From Minisyncoccota bacterium (GTDB lineage Bacteria > Patescibacteriota > Minisyncoccia > Phycocordibacterales > UBA918): 46,613 bases of DNA. The number at the start of each line of letters is the position of its first letter. Position 1 is the stretch's first letter. The stretch is from contig JAYVBM010000014.1 in assembly GCA_043750495.1 (NCBI GenBank), positions 1-46,613 on the forward strand. Reading direction: 5' to 3'. The position numbers were made by a program, and so were the translations under genes. The notes below the pieces were generated by a model. It did no database searches. It was not told where the DNA came from and saw only the letters and a list, made by a program, of their open reading frames with translations. Positions 25,228-34,855 of the stretch are shown here, in pieces.

Positions 25228-25622
25228 ACTTGCGTCTTACTAGTACCGTAAATAGCCGTACGTACTTGGTTGATTATTTCCTTTATCGGGACCTGTGCCT
25301 TTACAATGTAATCTTCTGGTTTTTGCATAATTGCGTGAGCGACATTCTGGGCATCGCTGTGATTGGTAAGAAACATGATCCGAGCTGTTTTGCCCCACTC
25401 ATCTTGTCGAATTCTTTCAGCCGCTTGGTGCCCATTTAAGATGGGCATATCGATATCGAGCAAGATGAGGTCGGGATGACGCTCTAGCGCAAACTCCACA
25501 CCCTGCTTTCCATTCTCTGCCATCATGATGTTGAGTCCGGCCTTTATAAACGCCACAGCGTATAACTCACGAATACTCTGGTCGTCTTCCACTAGCAGCA
25601 CGGTCTTTTTTTCAGTATCCAT
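25224..25622 (-). CDS. stand-alone response-regulator receiver protein (CheY-like)
   Basis: VLLVEDD...DLILLDIDMP...K receiver signature, with no output domain. Confidence 0.85.
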   Translation of the reverse strand: MDTEKKTVLLVEDDQSIRELYAVAFIKAGLNIMMAENGKQGVEFALERHPDLILLDIDMPILNGHQAAERIRQDEWGKTARIMFLTNHSDAQNVAHAIMQKPEDYIVKAQVPIKEIINQVRTAIYGTSKTQV

Positions 25623-25772
25623 TGCTTTTATTGTACACCCAGAAAATGCTTATAGGGCCGCTTGTGTTTATAACAGAATGTGCTTTAATGCTTACAACGA
25701 AACCAGCTCCTCTTGAGGAAATTGATCAGGCGAAGTGAAGTTTTGTAGTTAAAAAGTTTAAGCAACGCAAAA

Positions 25773-25970
25773 ATGAAAGGTTCAATCGTACGAAAGCGAG
25801 ACGAAGGTTATGGATTTATCAAGCCAGAAGATGGTAGCAAGGATGTTTTCTTCCACGCTTCATCTCTAGTTGATGTAACATTCGACGAACTTAGTGAAAA
25901 CGACGTGGTGACATTTGAAGTAGAACAGGGTCCTAAGGGTCCTGCTGCTGCAAACGTTCAGCGCGCATAA
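25773..25970 (+). CDS. cold-shock protein (CspA family)
   Basis: GYGFIKP (RNP1) and VFFHAS (RNP2). Confidence 0.9.
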   Translation: MKGSIVRKRDEGYGFIKPEDGSKDVFFHASSLVDVTFDELSENDVVTFEVEQGPKGPAAANVQRA

Positions 25971-25978
25971 TCGCAAAG

Positions 25979-26018
25979 AAAAACGCGACGTGGGCTTAAG
26001 CCCACGTCGCGTTTTTTT
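25979..26018 (+). terminator. strong rho-independent terminator
   Basis: aaaaacgcgacgtgggc-ttaa-gcccacgtcgcgttttttt, a 17-bp stem. Confidence 0.85.
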
Positions 26019-26022
26019 GACC

Positions 26023-26442
26023 ATGTATAATATAAGTACTATGGTCTTTTCGTACGTCATCCGCGACTACTTCACCTGGCACTACATTCGAGCCTGGAAA
26101 GAGCTGTTTAACGTCTGGCTTAACTTTCTTTGGTTTACTATTCATTTCTTTTCTGTTCCGGAACTATTTCATTCACTCTTTGCCCCTTGGAAGCGAATGA
26201 CGGAAGAACGCAAACCAGGTTTTCAACTTGAAGACATCGTCTCATTTATTATCATCAATCTTCTATCTCGATTGATTGGTGCCTTCCTCAGGGCGATTAT
26301 TATCGTAGCTGGTCTGTTTGTGCTTACAATTGTGATTATTGTAGGCGCTTTGACTTATGTATTTTGGTTACTGGCTCCTTTTGTGATTATCGCTAGTTTT
26401 GTTTTTGGCATTAGTATGTTGTTCTCTTATATCACTGTATGA
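26023..26442 (+). CDS. hypothetical membrane protein, translationally coupled to the Clp-type ATPase
   Basis: About 4 TM helices. ATGA overlap with the next gene. Start taken at ATG 26023, downstream of the terminator. Confidence 0.45.
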   Translation: MYNISTMVFSYVIRDYFTWHYIRAWKELFNVWLNFLWFTIHFFSVPELFHSLFAPWKRMTEERKPGFQLEDIVSFIIINLLSRLIGAFLRAIIIVAGLFVLTIVIIVGALTYVFWLLAPFVIIASFVFGISMLFSYITV

Positions 26443-28874
26443 AAACCCTCTTTGACAGCGCCCAGAGTTTTGCTCCAGCCATCGCGTTGGAGCGGTTGCT
26501 GAGTCGAAACAGCATGTACTTTTTGCGGACTTTCTTTTTTATTGGAGCTGTCTTATCTGCCAGCACCAGTGTGGTCTTGGTTTACTTTATCGATAAACCA
26601 CACCTTGAAGCCGCTGCTTTTGGCCTTGCTGGTCTATTTGTCTCACTGTGGCTTGAGCAAATACTCTTGTTCTCTTATCATAATAGTTTTTTCTTCCGTG
26701 GACTCAACTCTATAGTCGGGATTGAAACCGGACCAGAGGAAGGTCCCACCTACGACGCGGCTAAGGTCATTCTTAAAAACCCTACCGATGTTACCGCGGC
26801 GTTCTTTGAATCGACTTTTGGTGCTGCAGTGCTACTTCGCTCTGCTATTCTGCCGAGTGCGGCGGCGGCATTTTTACAAACACCGCGTCCGCACATCCAC
26901 GCCAGCTCCATCATCCTCCCTGAAGATCGCGTCTTTACCATAATCGACCTTGGTACTCATCTGCTCTCACATGACCAGACGTTTGCCACGTTTCTTAAGC
27001 GCGAAGGGGTATCGTTTGAAACTTTTATAGGCTCACTTAAGTGGGTAATCCTTACCTACCACCAAGAAAAAAGGCAGCTACGCACCTGGAGCAAAGATAA
27101 CCTCTCTAAAACCAACGGCCTTGGTCGAGAATGGACCTATGGTGTGGCCTATCAACTTGAGCGATTTTCTAGGGATATAAAGACCAGTGCGATTTTCTCA
27201 ACCCTAACCGGTAACACTCCCTACGCCAGTGAAAAAGTACAAGAAATTGAAGCTATTTTATCGCAAGCCAAAACTGCTAACGTGCTCCTGGTAGGAGAAG
27301 CTGGGGTGGGAAAGATTGACCTCATCATGGAAGTAGAGAAGCGTATTAGAAATGGAACATCACTTGATGCGATCACCCAAAAGCACATTGTTGTACTCGA
27401 TACTAATCGACTACTCGCTACATTTGGAAGCAAGCAAGAACTAGAAGTCGCTCTCATCAATCTTTTTGACGAAGCTCTTCGCTCCGGCAACATCATTATA
27501 GTTATCGAAAACTTAAGTAAGGTGTTACGAGAAACCGAAGCGCTTGGTGTCTACATACCGGAACTACTTGATGAATATCTAGCCTCGCCATTGATACACG
27601 TTATTGCGACTGACACACCACAGGCATACCACTCGGTACTAGAATCACGCGGTGGGTTTGTGCGCCGGTTCAAAGAAGTGCTGATTGAAAGTGCTGACTT
27701 AAGCGCCACAGTACGGGTATTGCAGGGCATCGCACTGCAAAACGAACGTACCTATAATACTATCTTTACCTACAGTAGTCTGCAGGCGATAGCGACTGCG
27801 GCCGACCGCTATATCGTGGAGGGAGTGATGCCCGATAAAGCAGTTCAGCTATTGATTGAAATTGCTGGAAAGGCAGCCAGCAGTGGTGAAGACCTTATTG
27901 ATGCAAACTTTGTCTACGACACTGTCAGTGAAAAAACCGGTGTTCCAGCCGGACCAATCAAAGACGAAGAACGCGACCTCCTCTTGCACCTTGAAGACAA
28001 GCTACACCAACAAGTGGTCGGACAAGAACGAGCGCTAGATGCCATCGCGCGAACCATGCGCCGAGCGCGGGCTGGTATCCAATCAACCGACAAACCAATT
28101 GGTTCATTTCTCTTTTTGGGACCAACCGGTGTCGGAAAAACTGAAACAGCCAAGGCGCTGGCCAATATTTTCTTCGGAGGAGAACAGAAGTTACAACGTC
28201 TTGATATGTCTGAGTTCAGTGGAGGCGGCGCGCTCTTTACACTACTTGGTGACAATAACCAAAGTGGGGTACTCCCAGATATGCTTCGAGAGCATGCCTA
28301 TTGCGTGCTGCTACTAGATGAGTTTGAAAAAGCCGACCGATCGGTTCACGATCTCTTTCTGCAAATTCTGGATGAAGGAGTCTTTACTGATGGTCGAGGC
28401 ACTAAGGTAAATGCGCGCAATACGATCATCATCGCAACCTCAAATGCGGGAAGCCAGCTTATCATGCGCACTGTGCAGCAGAGAAAAGAACTGTCGCATC
28501 TGACGCAAGATATTATCGACGGCATCATCCGCGATGGGTTATTCCGACCTGAGCTTATCAATCGTTTTGACAGCACAATAATTTTTGAACCGCTGACAAT
28601 TACCGAACAAAGTAAGGTGGCTCAACTCATGCTGGGCGGACTGCACCACCGAGTATCCGAGAAGGGTTATGATCTAGCAGTCACCGACGACCTCATGAAT
28701 ATCTTAGTGCAAAAAGGCTACAGTCCAGAGTTTGGCGCGAGGCCAATGCAAAGAGTTTTGCAAGACGTAATCGAAGAAAAAATTGCTCAAAAAATTATTG
28801 TCGGCGAAGTTCAGATAGGCGACACTATCACTCTCTCCAGAACCGACTTCAGCGAAGCCGAGCTCGCGGTATAA
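26439..28874 (+). CDS. membrane-anchored Clp/Hsp100-family AAA+ ATPase (ClpB/ClpC-like)
   Basis: Two N-terminal TM helices, Clp-N-like repeats, NBD1 with an atypical P-loop GEAGVGKID, and NBD2 with GPTGVGKTETAKALA and LLLDEFEKA. Confidence 0.85.
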   Translation: MKTLFDSAQSFAPAIALERLLSRNSMYFLRTFFFIGAVLSASTSVVLVYFIDKPHLEAAAFGLAGLFVSLWLEQILLFSYHNSFFFRGLNSIVGIETGPEEGPTYDAAKVILKNPTDVTAAFFESTFGAAVLLRSAILPSAAAAFLQTPRPHIHASSIILPEDRVFTIIDLGTHLLSHDQTFATFLKREGVSFETFIGSLKWVILTYHQEKRQLRTWSKDNLSKTNGLGREWTYGVAYQLERFSRDIKTSAIFSTLTGNTPYASEKVQEIEAILSQAKTANVLLVGEAGVGKIDLIMEVEKRIRNGTSLDAITQKHIVVLDTNRLLATFGSKQELEVALINLFDEALRSGNIIIVIENLSKVLRETEALGVYIPELLDEYLASPLIHVIATDTPQAYHSVLESRGGFVRRFKEVLIESADLSATVRVLQGIALQNERTYNTIFTYSSLQAIATAADRYIVEGVMPDKAVQLLIEIAGKAASSGEDLIDANFVYDTVSEKTGVPAGPIKDEERDLLLHLEDKLHQQVVGQERALDAIARTMRRARAGIQSTDKPIGSFLFLGPTGVGKTETAKALANIFFGGEQKLQRLDMSEFSGGGALFTLLGDNNQSGVLPDMLREHAYCVLLLDEFEKADRSVHDLFLQILDEGVFTDGRGTKVNARNTIIIATSNAGSQLIMRTVQQRKELSHLTQDIIDGIIRDGLFRPELINRFDSTIIFEPLTITEQSKVAQLMLGGLHHRVSEKGYDLAVTDDLMNILVQKGYSPEFGARPMQRVLQDVIEEKIAQKIIVGEVQIGDTITLSRTDFSEAELAV

Positions 28875-28887
28875 AAGTAACTATAAT

Positions 28888-28915
28888 GAAAAAGCGGCAC
28901 CCTAGTGCCGCTTTT
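28888..28915. terminator. bidirectional hairpin terminator
   Basis: aaaaagcggcac-ccta-gtgccgcttttt. Confidence 0.8.
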
Positions 28916-29829
28916 TATTTCCCGTGGAATTTCTTGTGAACCTCCCGCAGGTGCTTGTCGGTGACGTGGGTGTACACCTGGGTCGTACCGATATGCGCAT
29001 GGCCCAGAAGTGCTTGCACAGAGCGAAGGTCGGCACCGTTACTCAAGAGGTCAATAGCGAAGCTGTGGCGCAAAACATGGGGAGTCACTTTGCGAGTAAT
29101 GCCGGCTGTCGCCGCGTAATGTTTCATAAGTCGCTGTACTGCTCGCGGTTGAAGACGCGCATCGCCACCATCATTAACTTTGCGTCCATGCCGGACAAAT
29201 AGCGCGTCGTCTAAGTCTTTACGATTTTTCAAATAGTCTCGCAAGCTGTCTTTGGCAATCTCAGACAAAAAAACTACTCGTACCTTATCGCCCTTGCCAC
29301 GAACTGAGAACTCGTCGCGAGTGAGATCAACGTCGTCGATAGATAGACCGCATAGTTCAGAAATACGGAGGCCAGTTGAGAAGAACAGCTCCAAAATTGC
29401 CTTGTCTCGTTTTCCTTCGAGTGTCTTTTGATCTGGTGCTTTAAGTAGACGTTTGAGTTCGGTGGGAGAAATCAGATCGAGCGACCGCTCGGGAACCTTC
29501 GCTAACTCGATACGCTCTGGAGACAGTGCTTCTATGCCACGCTTGCGTAAAAACTTAAGAAAAGCCCGCAAAGCAATCAAGTAGTAGTTCTGCGTCCGGC
29601 GCTTCATCGGTTCCACCCGGCCACCCATTTTTGTCCCCGCTTGCCGATTGAGATGGAGGCGAAATTCTCGGACCTGTTCCTCAGTGAGTTCCGTTACTGT
29701 CTTTACCTTAACAAAGGCAAAAAAACGCTCCAAGTAGCGGTCGTAGTTCTCGACTGTCTTGATACTTCGACCTCTCTCAATCTCAAGATACTCCAAGAAC
29801 TGCCGTTTCAAGGCCACCAAGTCTCTCAT
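28915..29829 (-). CDS. tyrosine site-specific recombinase (XerC/XerD family)
   Basis: SAM-like N-domain, then the R..HxxR..Y catalytic pattern (GLRISEL, HVLRHSFA, LGHAHIGTTQVYTHV). Confidence 0.85.
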   Translation of the reverse strand: MRDLVALKRQFLEYLEIERGRSIKTVENYDRYLERFFAFVKVKTVTELTEEQVREFRLHLNRQAGTKMGGRVEPMKRRTQNYYLIALRAFLKFLRKRGIEALSPERIELAKVPERSLDLISPTELKRLLKAPDQKTLEGKRDKAILELFFSTGLRISELCGLSIDDVDLTRDEFSVRGKGDKVRVVFLSEIAKDSLRDYLKNRKDLDDALFVRHGRKVNDGGDARLQPRAVQRLMKHYAATAGITRKVTPHVLRHSFAIDLLSNGADLRSVQALLGHAHIGTTQVYTHVTDKHLREVHKKFHGK

Positions 29830-29924
29830 GACACTAGTATAGCAAGGCCTAGGCGGTTTCTGTGGAACCTTGACTTAAGTAAAAAATATGACATACTTCC
29901 AGCCAGAAATACCGTGGAGGTTTC

Positions 29925-30302
29925 ATGACCCAACTAGTGATCTTTCAAGGACAACGTTTACATCGTCCCATCGGCGTCGATTGGTTTCGACAACTGGGAG
30001 AGGAGAAGCTGCTCAACCTGACAGTGGGAACTCTCATCTGGTACGTTGACGGCAAGTGGGTAGAGAGCGTGAAAGTCACCCAGCCCTCAGTGCGTCTGGA
30101 TATGCTGTCTGCACCGTCTTTGCATGGCATCCAAGTATTTTGTTCCAGTCGGCACAGAGTCTGGAGTCCCAAACTCATACGAGACGGGAAGCAAAGCCGG
30201 CTATATTTGATCAGCGACCGCGAAGCGGCCTACGAATACTACACGCGCGCGGAAGAAACAGTCGTCGGAGACCAGAAACTTCGACTTGTCGGTACGGGGT
30301 AG
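29925..30302 (+). CDS. hypothetical protein
   Basis: 125-aa ORF with GGAGG 5 nt upstream, followed by the hairpin ggggtagc..gctaccccgtttttt. Confidence 0.4.
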   Translation: MTQLVIFQGQRLHRPIGVDWFRQLGEEKLLNLTVGTLIWYVDGKWVESVKVTQPSVRLDMLSAPSLHGIQVFCSSRHRVWSPKLIRDGKQSRLYLISDREAAYEYYTRAEETVVGDQKLRLVGTG

Positions 30303-30598
30303 CAGCAATGCTACCCCGTTTTTTAATATTTTGAAGAAAAGAGTGAACTGTTCCCTAACCTTGCCATCGTGTTTGTTGCATCGGTCAATCTTGTAGTACT
30401 AATAAACTAAATGCGCTGTGGCCAAAGCTACACTTTTATAAAACACCTCTGCAACAATGGCAAAATGAGTGTATGGGCTTGCTTTTTTAAAAAAACCTGC
30501 TATAGTAGTTAAACCTTCGCAGGTAATCGACCGCACCACGTGGTAACTCTCATATTGAGTGGTATCTATACTACAGGCTGCGTAACTAATATAAACCT

Positions 30599-30865
30599 AT
30601 GCTATCAAAGCGAATTAAAGAAAACGTTTTAAAAGGAGTCCGCGTGCATGACACTGACACTGGTTCAGCGCAGGCACAAGTCGGACTTTTGACCCGCCAG
30701 ATTGAAGAATTGTCTAATCACTTGCGCAAGCATAAGAAAGACTTTCACTCACGTCGTGGTCTACTTCAGATGGTGGCAGACCGCCGCAAGCACCTAAAGT
30801 ATCTCGAGAAGCATGACGCCAAGGCCTATGCCGGACTCATCAAGAAACTCGGTCTAAAACGATAA
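30599..30865 (+). CDS. rpsO: 30S ribosomal protein S15
   Basis: GSAQAQVGLLTRQIEELSNHLRKHKKDFHSRRGLLQMVADRRKHLKYL. TAATAT lies 6 nt before the ATG. Confidence 0.95.
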   Translation: MLSKRIKENVLKGVRVHDTDTGSAQAQVGLLTRQIEELSNHLRKHKKDFHSRRGLLQMVADRRKHLKYLEKHDAKAYAGLIKKLGLKR

Positions 30866-31160
30866 GAACCTGCGCTCGCTTTGAGCGCATTTTCTTTTTT
30901 TGCGGTATAGTAAAGAACCCGTCTCACATATAACCGCATACTGTTACGGTGAGTCGGTAGCGGGAGTCTCGCTTGTCTACAAAAACAGCAAATACGCGGC
31001 TACAACACTTCGGTTCGCTCTCAGCGAACTCAAGTTCACTTCGAACTCCACCTCGTATTTCGCTCGCGTCTTTACAATTTTTGCTAGACATTCTATGTGA
31101 GAAGGGTTCTGTGAGAGTCTTTGTACATTTTATTTTAAACATTTTTAATATTAGAACTTT

Positions 31161-31745
31161 ATGGGAGTAATTAGACACCCGGAACAACGTGTCGCTATTT
31201 TAATCGACACCCAAAACCTTTATCACAGTGCCAAGAACTTATATCACGCCAAGGTAAATTTTGGTGCGGTAGTAAAAGCAGCGCTGGGAAATAGAAAACT
31301 CATTCGAGCAGTTTCTTATGTAGTAAACACAGAGAGTGGTGAAGAAGCACCTTTTTTTGAGGCCCTTGAAAAAGTCGGCATCGAAATCAAAACCAAGGAC
31401 TTGCAAATATTTTATGGCGGAGCAAAAAAGGCCGACTGGGACGTAGGTATGGCAGTTGATGCTATCAAGCTAGCGCATAAGGTTGACGCGATTGTCCTAG
31501 TCACTGGTGACGGCGACTTTATACCGCTCGTTGAGTACGTAAAAAGTCAGGGCTGCCAAGTAGAGGCGATTACTTTTGGCCGCTCTGCTTCTGGCAAGCT
31601 GCGTGAAACGGTCGATGACTTTATCGATATGGACGACAACCCCAACGCCTACCTCATTGGCTACAAACCAATGAAACGCGGCAGTCAACAAAACCAAAAG
31701 AAGAACGTTCGAAAAGTGGTCGGAACAGATACCGACAACCTCTAA
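31161..31745 (+). CDS. NYN-domain (LabA/DUF88-like) protein
   Basis: VAILIDTQNLYHSAK ... VLVTGDGDFIPLVEYVKSQG signature. Confidence 0.8.
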   Translation: MGVIRHPEQRVAILIDTQNLYHSAKNLYHAKVNFGAVVKAALGNRKLIRAVSYVVNTESGEEAPFFEALEKVGIEIKTKDLQIFYGGAKKADWDVGMAVDAIKLAHKVDAIVLVTGDGDFIPLVEYVKSQGCQVEAITFGRSASGKLRETVDDFIDMDDNPNAYLIGYKPMKRGSQQNQKKNVRKVVGTDTDNL

Positions 31746-31779
31746 CAAAACCGGCGGCGCTCGCAAGCGCCGCCGGTTT
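31746..31779 (+). terminator. rho-independent terminator of the NYN gene
   Basis: aaaaccggcggcgct-cgca-agcgccgccggtttt. Confidence 0.8.
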
Positions 31780-31786
31780 TGCAATA

Positions 31787-31812
31787 AGGGCCGCCTCAAA
31801 CTAGAGGCGGCC
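31787..31812 (-). terminator. hairpin after the convergent 31825-32502 gene
   Basis: gggccgcctc-aaacta-gaggcggccc. Confidence 0.6.
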
Positions 31813-31824
31813 CTAAACTTTTCT

Positions 31825-32502
31825 TCAACCCCGAAGTGCAAACACCCACTCCGAGTCAGGGTCGTACTTGAAGTCATCTTCTCCGTAGCAACCATCAAGC
31901 CAAAGTTTGTTGTAGCGCGTTTCATCAAAGTCTTTCATGTTTTGATTCGACAGTCTAAACAAGGAATACTCTCCGTCACCGATATCAACAGGATCAGTCG
32001 AAATATAGAGCATTTCATTAAGTGGCTGATCCTTGTAACGAAGACGGTAATGATAGACCACAAAGAGCGGGCAGGTACCGAGACCAAACTCGTAAGCGCG
32101 CTTTCTCATAGTACGTTGTGTACAACTCTCTGTGAGACCAAGCTGATGCAACTTGACACGCACCGTGCTAACTTTGCCAACATGCATAGGCACTATTGCA
32201 AACGCGGCTTCAAATGCGCGCGCTCCATAGCGTGCGAGATATATGTCCCTACGGACTTGGCCGAGCAGGCTCTCTTCACGATGCTGTGAAGAGCACTCAA
32301 ACGTCAGTATTTCTTGATTGTGCCAGGGATGCCAGAGTGGCAGAGCTCGTCTGATTATTCCTGGATGTTTCATCAAGCCATACATTACGGCTGGAGGTAG
32401 GTCTGAAGCAAGTTTTTGCACTTCAGCCATGAAATCTACCATCAAGTCATCGTGGGTCTTTAGCATTGTATTTCTCCTGTCTTTGAAGGAACTGTTTCTC
32501 AC
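31825..32502 (-). CDS. hypothetical protein
   Basis: 225-aa ORF with no recognisable motif. The start could be the Met at 32466. Confidence 0.4.
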   Translation of the reverse strand: MRNSSFKDRRNTMLKTHDDLMVDFMAEVQKLASDLPPAVMYGLMKHPGIIRRALPLWHPWHNQEILTFECSSQHREESLLGQVRRDIYLARYGARAFEAAFAIVPMHVGKVSTVRVKLHQLGLTESCTQRTMRKRAYEFGLGTCPLFVVYHYRLRYKDQPLNEMLYISTDPVDIGDGEYSLFRLSNQNMKDFDETRYNKLWLDGCYGEDDFKYDPDSEWVFALRG

Positions 32503-32678
32503 ATATAACTACAGTATTCACGAAATTGCAACGTTGGCAGGGGCGGCCTTCTGCCGCCCCTTACTTTTTACTTATCTAATTTTTTTGTTATGCTTTGCCT
32601 ATTACTACACGAGCTTCGTACGTAGGTAGGTTTCAAGATTTGAAATCTAAAACGTACGCGGCTCTTAAGAAACAAGAA

Positions 32679-34799
32679 ATGCAATCAAAATCGTATTCGA
32701 TGGAACTCGGAGGCAAGGCCCTCACTGCAGAATTTAACGACTTAACCGCTCACACCAATGGTTCGGTCATGCTTCGCTACGGCGAGACAGTGATTTTAGT
32801 AACTGCAGTGATGAGTGACCGAGAAAGTAGTGCTAACTACTTTCCGCTTTCGGTAGAGTTTGAAGAAAAATTTTACGCTGTTGGACAAATCTTAGGAAGT
32901 CGCTTTAGGCGGCGTGAAGGGAAGCCAAGTGACGAAGCGGTCCTTTCCGCCCGAATTGTTGACCGAACTATCCGGCCACTCTTTAATCAATCAACTCGCA
33001 ACGACATTCAAGTCGTGGTTACGGTACTCGCAGTCGGCGCGGACGATCCTGATGTACTGGCCGTTATAGGCGCATCGTTGGCACTAGCAATTTCTGACAT
33101 CCCCTGGAATGGACCGGTTGGAGCAGTTCGGATTGCCCGCTCTGCCGACACCGGCGGACTCGTCGTGAACCCGACATACACGCAACGTAGTGAAGGAAAA
33201 CTTGATGTGGAATTGTACGCGTGCGGAAAAGAGGAAACAATCAATATGATTGAAACCGGTGCGTATGAAGTGAGCGAATCTGAGATTATAAAAATGCTCA
33301 CAGCTGCCACCAAAGAACACTTGAATATTGAAGCCTGGCAAAAAAAGATTGTGTCAGAAATTGGAAAGGAGAAACGTGAAGTTAAAGAACTCGAAATTCC
33401 CGAAGCCCTCATACATATATATGAGAGTGAATACGCCGCCAAGCTACGCAGTGAGATGTTTAGCAAGCGGGCTGGCAAGGATCATATCTATGCGGTGAAA
33501 AAAGAATTCCTAGCTGCAGTCAAAGCAGCTGAACTTTCTGAATCAGTTGCTAGCCACTTCTTCGAAGACAAGATTGACGAAGAACTTCACCAGGGAGCAT
33601 TGGAGCGGAATGAACGCGCTGATGGGCGAACGATGGATGAGGTACGCGAACTGTACGCCCAAGCCGGAGGTATATCGCCCGTGCTTCATGGCAGTGGTAT
33701 TTTCTACCGCGGCGGTACTCACATTTTTTCTGCTCTTACGCTTGGTGGTCCAGAAGCAGCACAACTAATCGACACTATTGAAGAACAAGAAGGTAAGAAG
33801 CGCTTCATGCACCACTACAACTTTCCGCCATTCTCAGTCGGAGAGACGGGTCGCGTCGGCGGATTTAACCGTCGCATGATTGGACATGGTGCGCTGGCTG
33901 AAAAAGCAATTATCCCAGTTATTCCAGAGCAAACTGATTTTCCTTACACAATAAGGCTAGTCTCAGAAACACTTTCAAGTAACGGGTCGAGTTCAATGGG
34001 TTCGGTGTGTGCGTCGGTGCTTGCACTGATGGACGGTGGCGTACCTATCAAGCGACCCGTGGCCGGCATTGCTTCAGGTGTCATGATTGATGGCGACAAG
34101 TATGTACTTTTAACGGATATCCAAGGACCGGAAGATGAATTTGGTGATATGGACTTTAAGGTGGCGGGGACAACTGAAGGAGTCACTGCTATTCAAATGG
34201 ACGTCAAAGTAGGCGGGGTGAGTTTGGAAATTCTAACTGGCGCACTAGAAAAGGCGCGATTGGCTCGACTGCACATTCTTGAAACTATGCTCGCTGCCAT
34301 AAGCGAACCTCGTCAAAATATTTCACAGCGAGCGCCGGAGATTGTGGTTGTGAAAATTAAGCCAGAACAAATTGGTCTGGTGATTGGAGGGGGAGGCAAG
34401 ACTGTTAACGGCATCAAAGACACAACTGGCGTACAAGAAATCACTATTGAAGAAGACGGCACTGTATTTATAACCGGCAAGAACGGTACAGCGCAGCTGG
34501 CCGCCGACCGTATCCGAAGTCTTACCAAGATTTATGTGGTTGGAGAAAAACTGGACGTCACCGTGACGAAAGTCACGACCTTTGGCGCCTTTGCCAAAAT
34601 TGACGCTTACAATGAAGGTTTGATTCACATTTCGGAGATTGTGCCGTTTCGTCTTGAGACGATGGACGGTGTACTGGCTGAAGGAGATATCGTGCCGGTA
34701 GTCGTAGCCAAAGTCGAAGACGGTAAAATCGGACTATCCATCAAGCAAGCTGACCCCAATTTTGCTGAAAGAAAAGGTCTGAAACCGCTTCAGAAATAA
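32679..34799 (+). CDS. pnp: polyribonucleotide nucleotidyltransferase (PNPase)
   Basis: Two RNase PH domains (GRTMDEVR, FNRRMIGHGALAE, SSNGSSSMGSVCA) plus KH and S1 domains. Start taken at ATG 32679. Confidence 0.95.
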   Translation: MQSKSYSMELGGKALTAEFNDLTAHTNGSVMLRYGETVILVTAVMSDRESSANYFPLSVEFEEKFYAVGQILGSRFRRREGKPSDEAVLSARIVDRTIRPLFNQSTRNDIQVVVTVLAVGADDPDVLAVIGASLALAISDIPWNGPVGAVRIARSADTGGLVVNPTYTQRSEGKLDVELYACGKEETINMIETGAYEVSESEIIKMLTAATKEHLNIEAWQKKIVSEIGKEKREVKELEIPEALIHIYESEYAAKLRSEMFSKRAGKDHIYAVKKEFLAAVKAAELSESVASHFFEDKIDEELHQGALERNERADGRTMDEVRELYAQAGGISPVLHGSGIFYRGGTHIFSALTLGGPEAAQLIDTIEEQEGKKRFMHHYNFPPFSVGETGRVGGFNRRMIGHGALAEKAIIPVIPEQTDFPYTIRLVSETLSSNGSSSMGSVCASVLALMDGGVPIKRPVAGIASGVMIDGDKYVLLTDIQGPEDEFGDMDFKVAGTTEGVTAIQMDVKVGGVSLEILTGALEKARLARLHILETMLAAISEPRQNISQRAPEIVVVKIKPEQIGLVIGGGGKTVNGIKDTTGVQEITIEEDGTVFITGKNGTAQLAADRIRSLTKIYVVGEKLDVTVTKVTTFGAFAKIDAYNEGLIHISEIVPFRLETMDGVLAEGDIVPVVVAKVEDGKIGLSIKQADPNFAERKGLKPLQK

Positions 34800-34811
34800 A
34801 GTTTGTTAGGG

Positions 34812-34837
34812 AAAAACTCCCCCTTAGGGGAGTTTTT
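34812..34837 (+). terminator. rho-independent terminator of pnp
   Basis: aaaaactcccc-ctta-ggggagttttt. Confidence 0.8.
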
Positions 34838-34855
34838 CGTGAGATACTATACGTA

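Noticed and set aside
28915-30302. The Xer-type recombinase plus the neighbouring hypothetical gene as a marker of an integrated mobile element
   Set aside because: I found no flanking direct repeats, tRNA target or phage/plasmid genes. The protein looks like a housekeeping XerC/XerD-type recombinase. I also found no convincing dif-like site in the window.
33008-33478. Long antisense or alternative-frame ORFs inside well-supported genes (for example 33008-33478 in pnp, 45189-45827 in the helicase, 37318-37788 in comM, 1123-1500 in the Nudix gene)
   Set aside because: These are shadow ORFs on the opposite strand or in another frame of genes with clear family motifs. They have a low-complexity Ser/Arg/Pro-rich composition.
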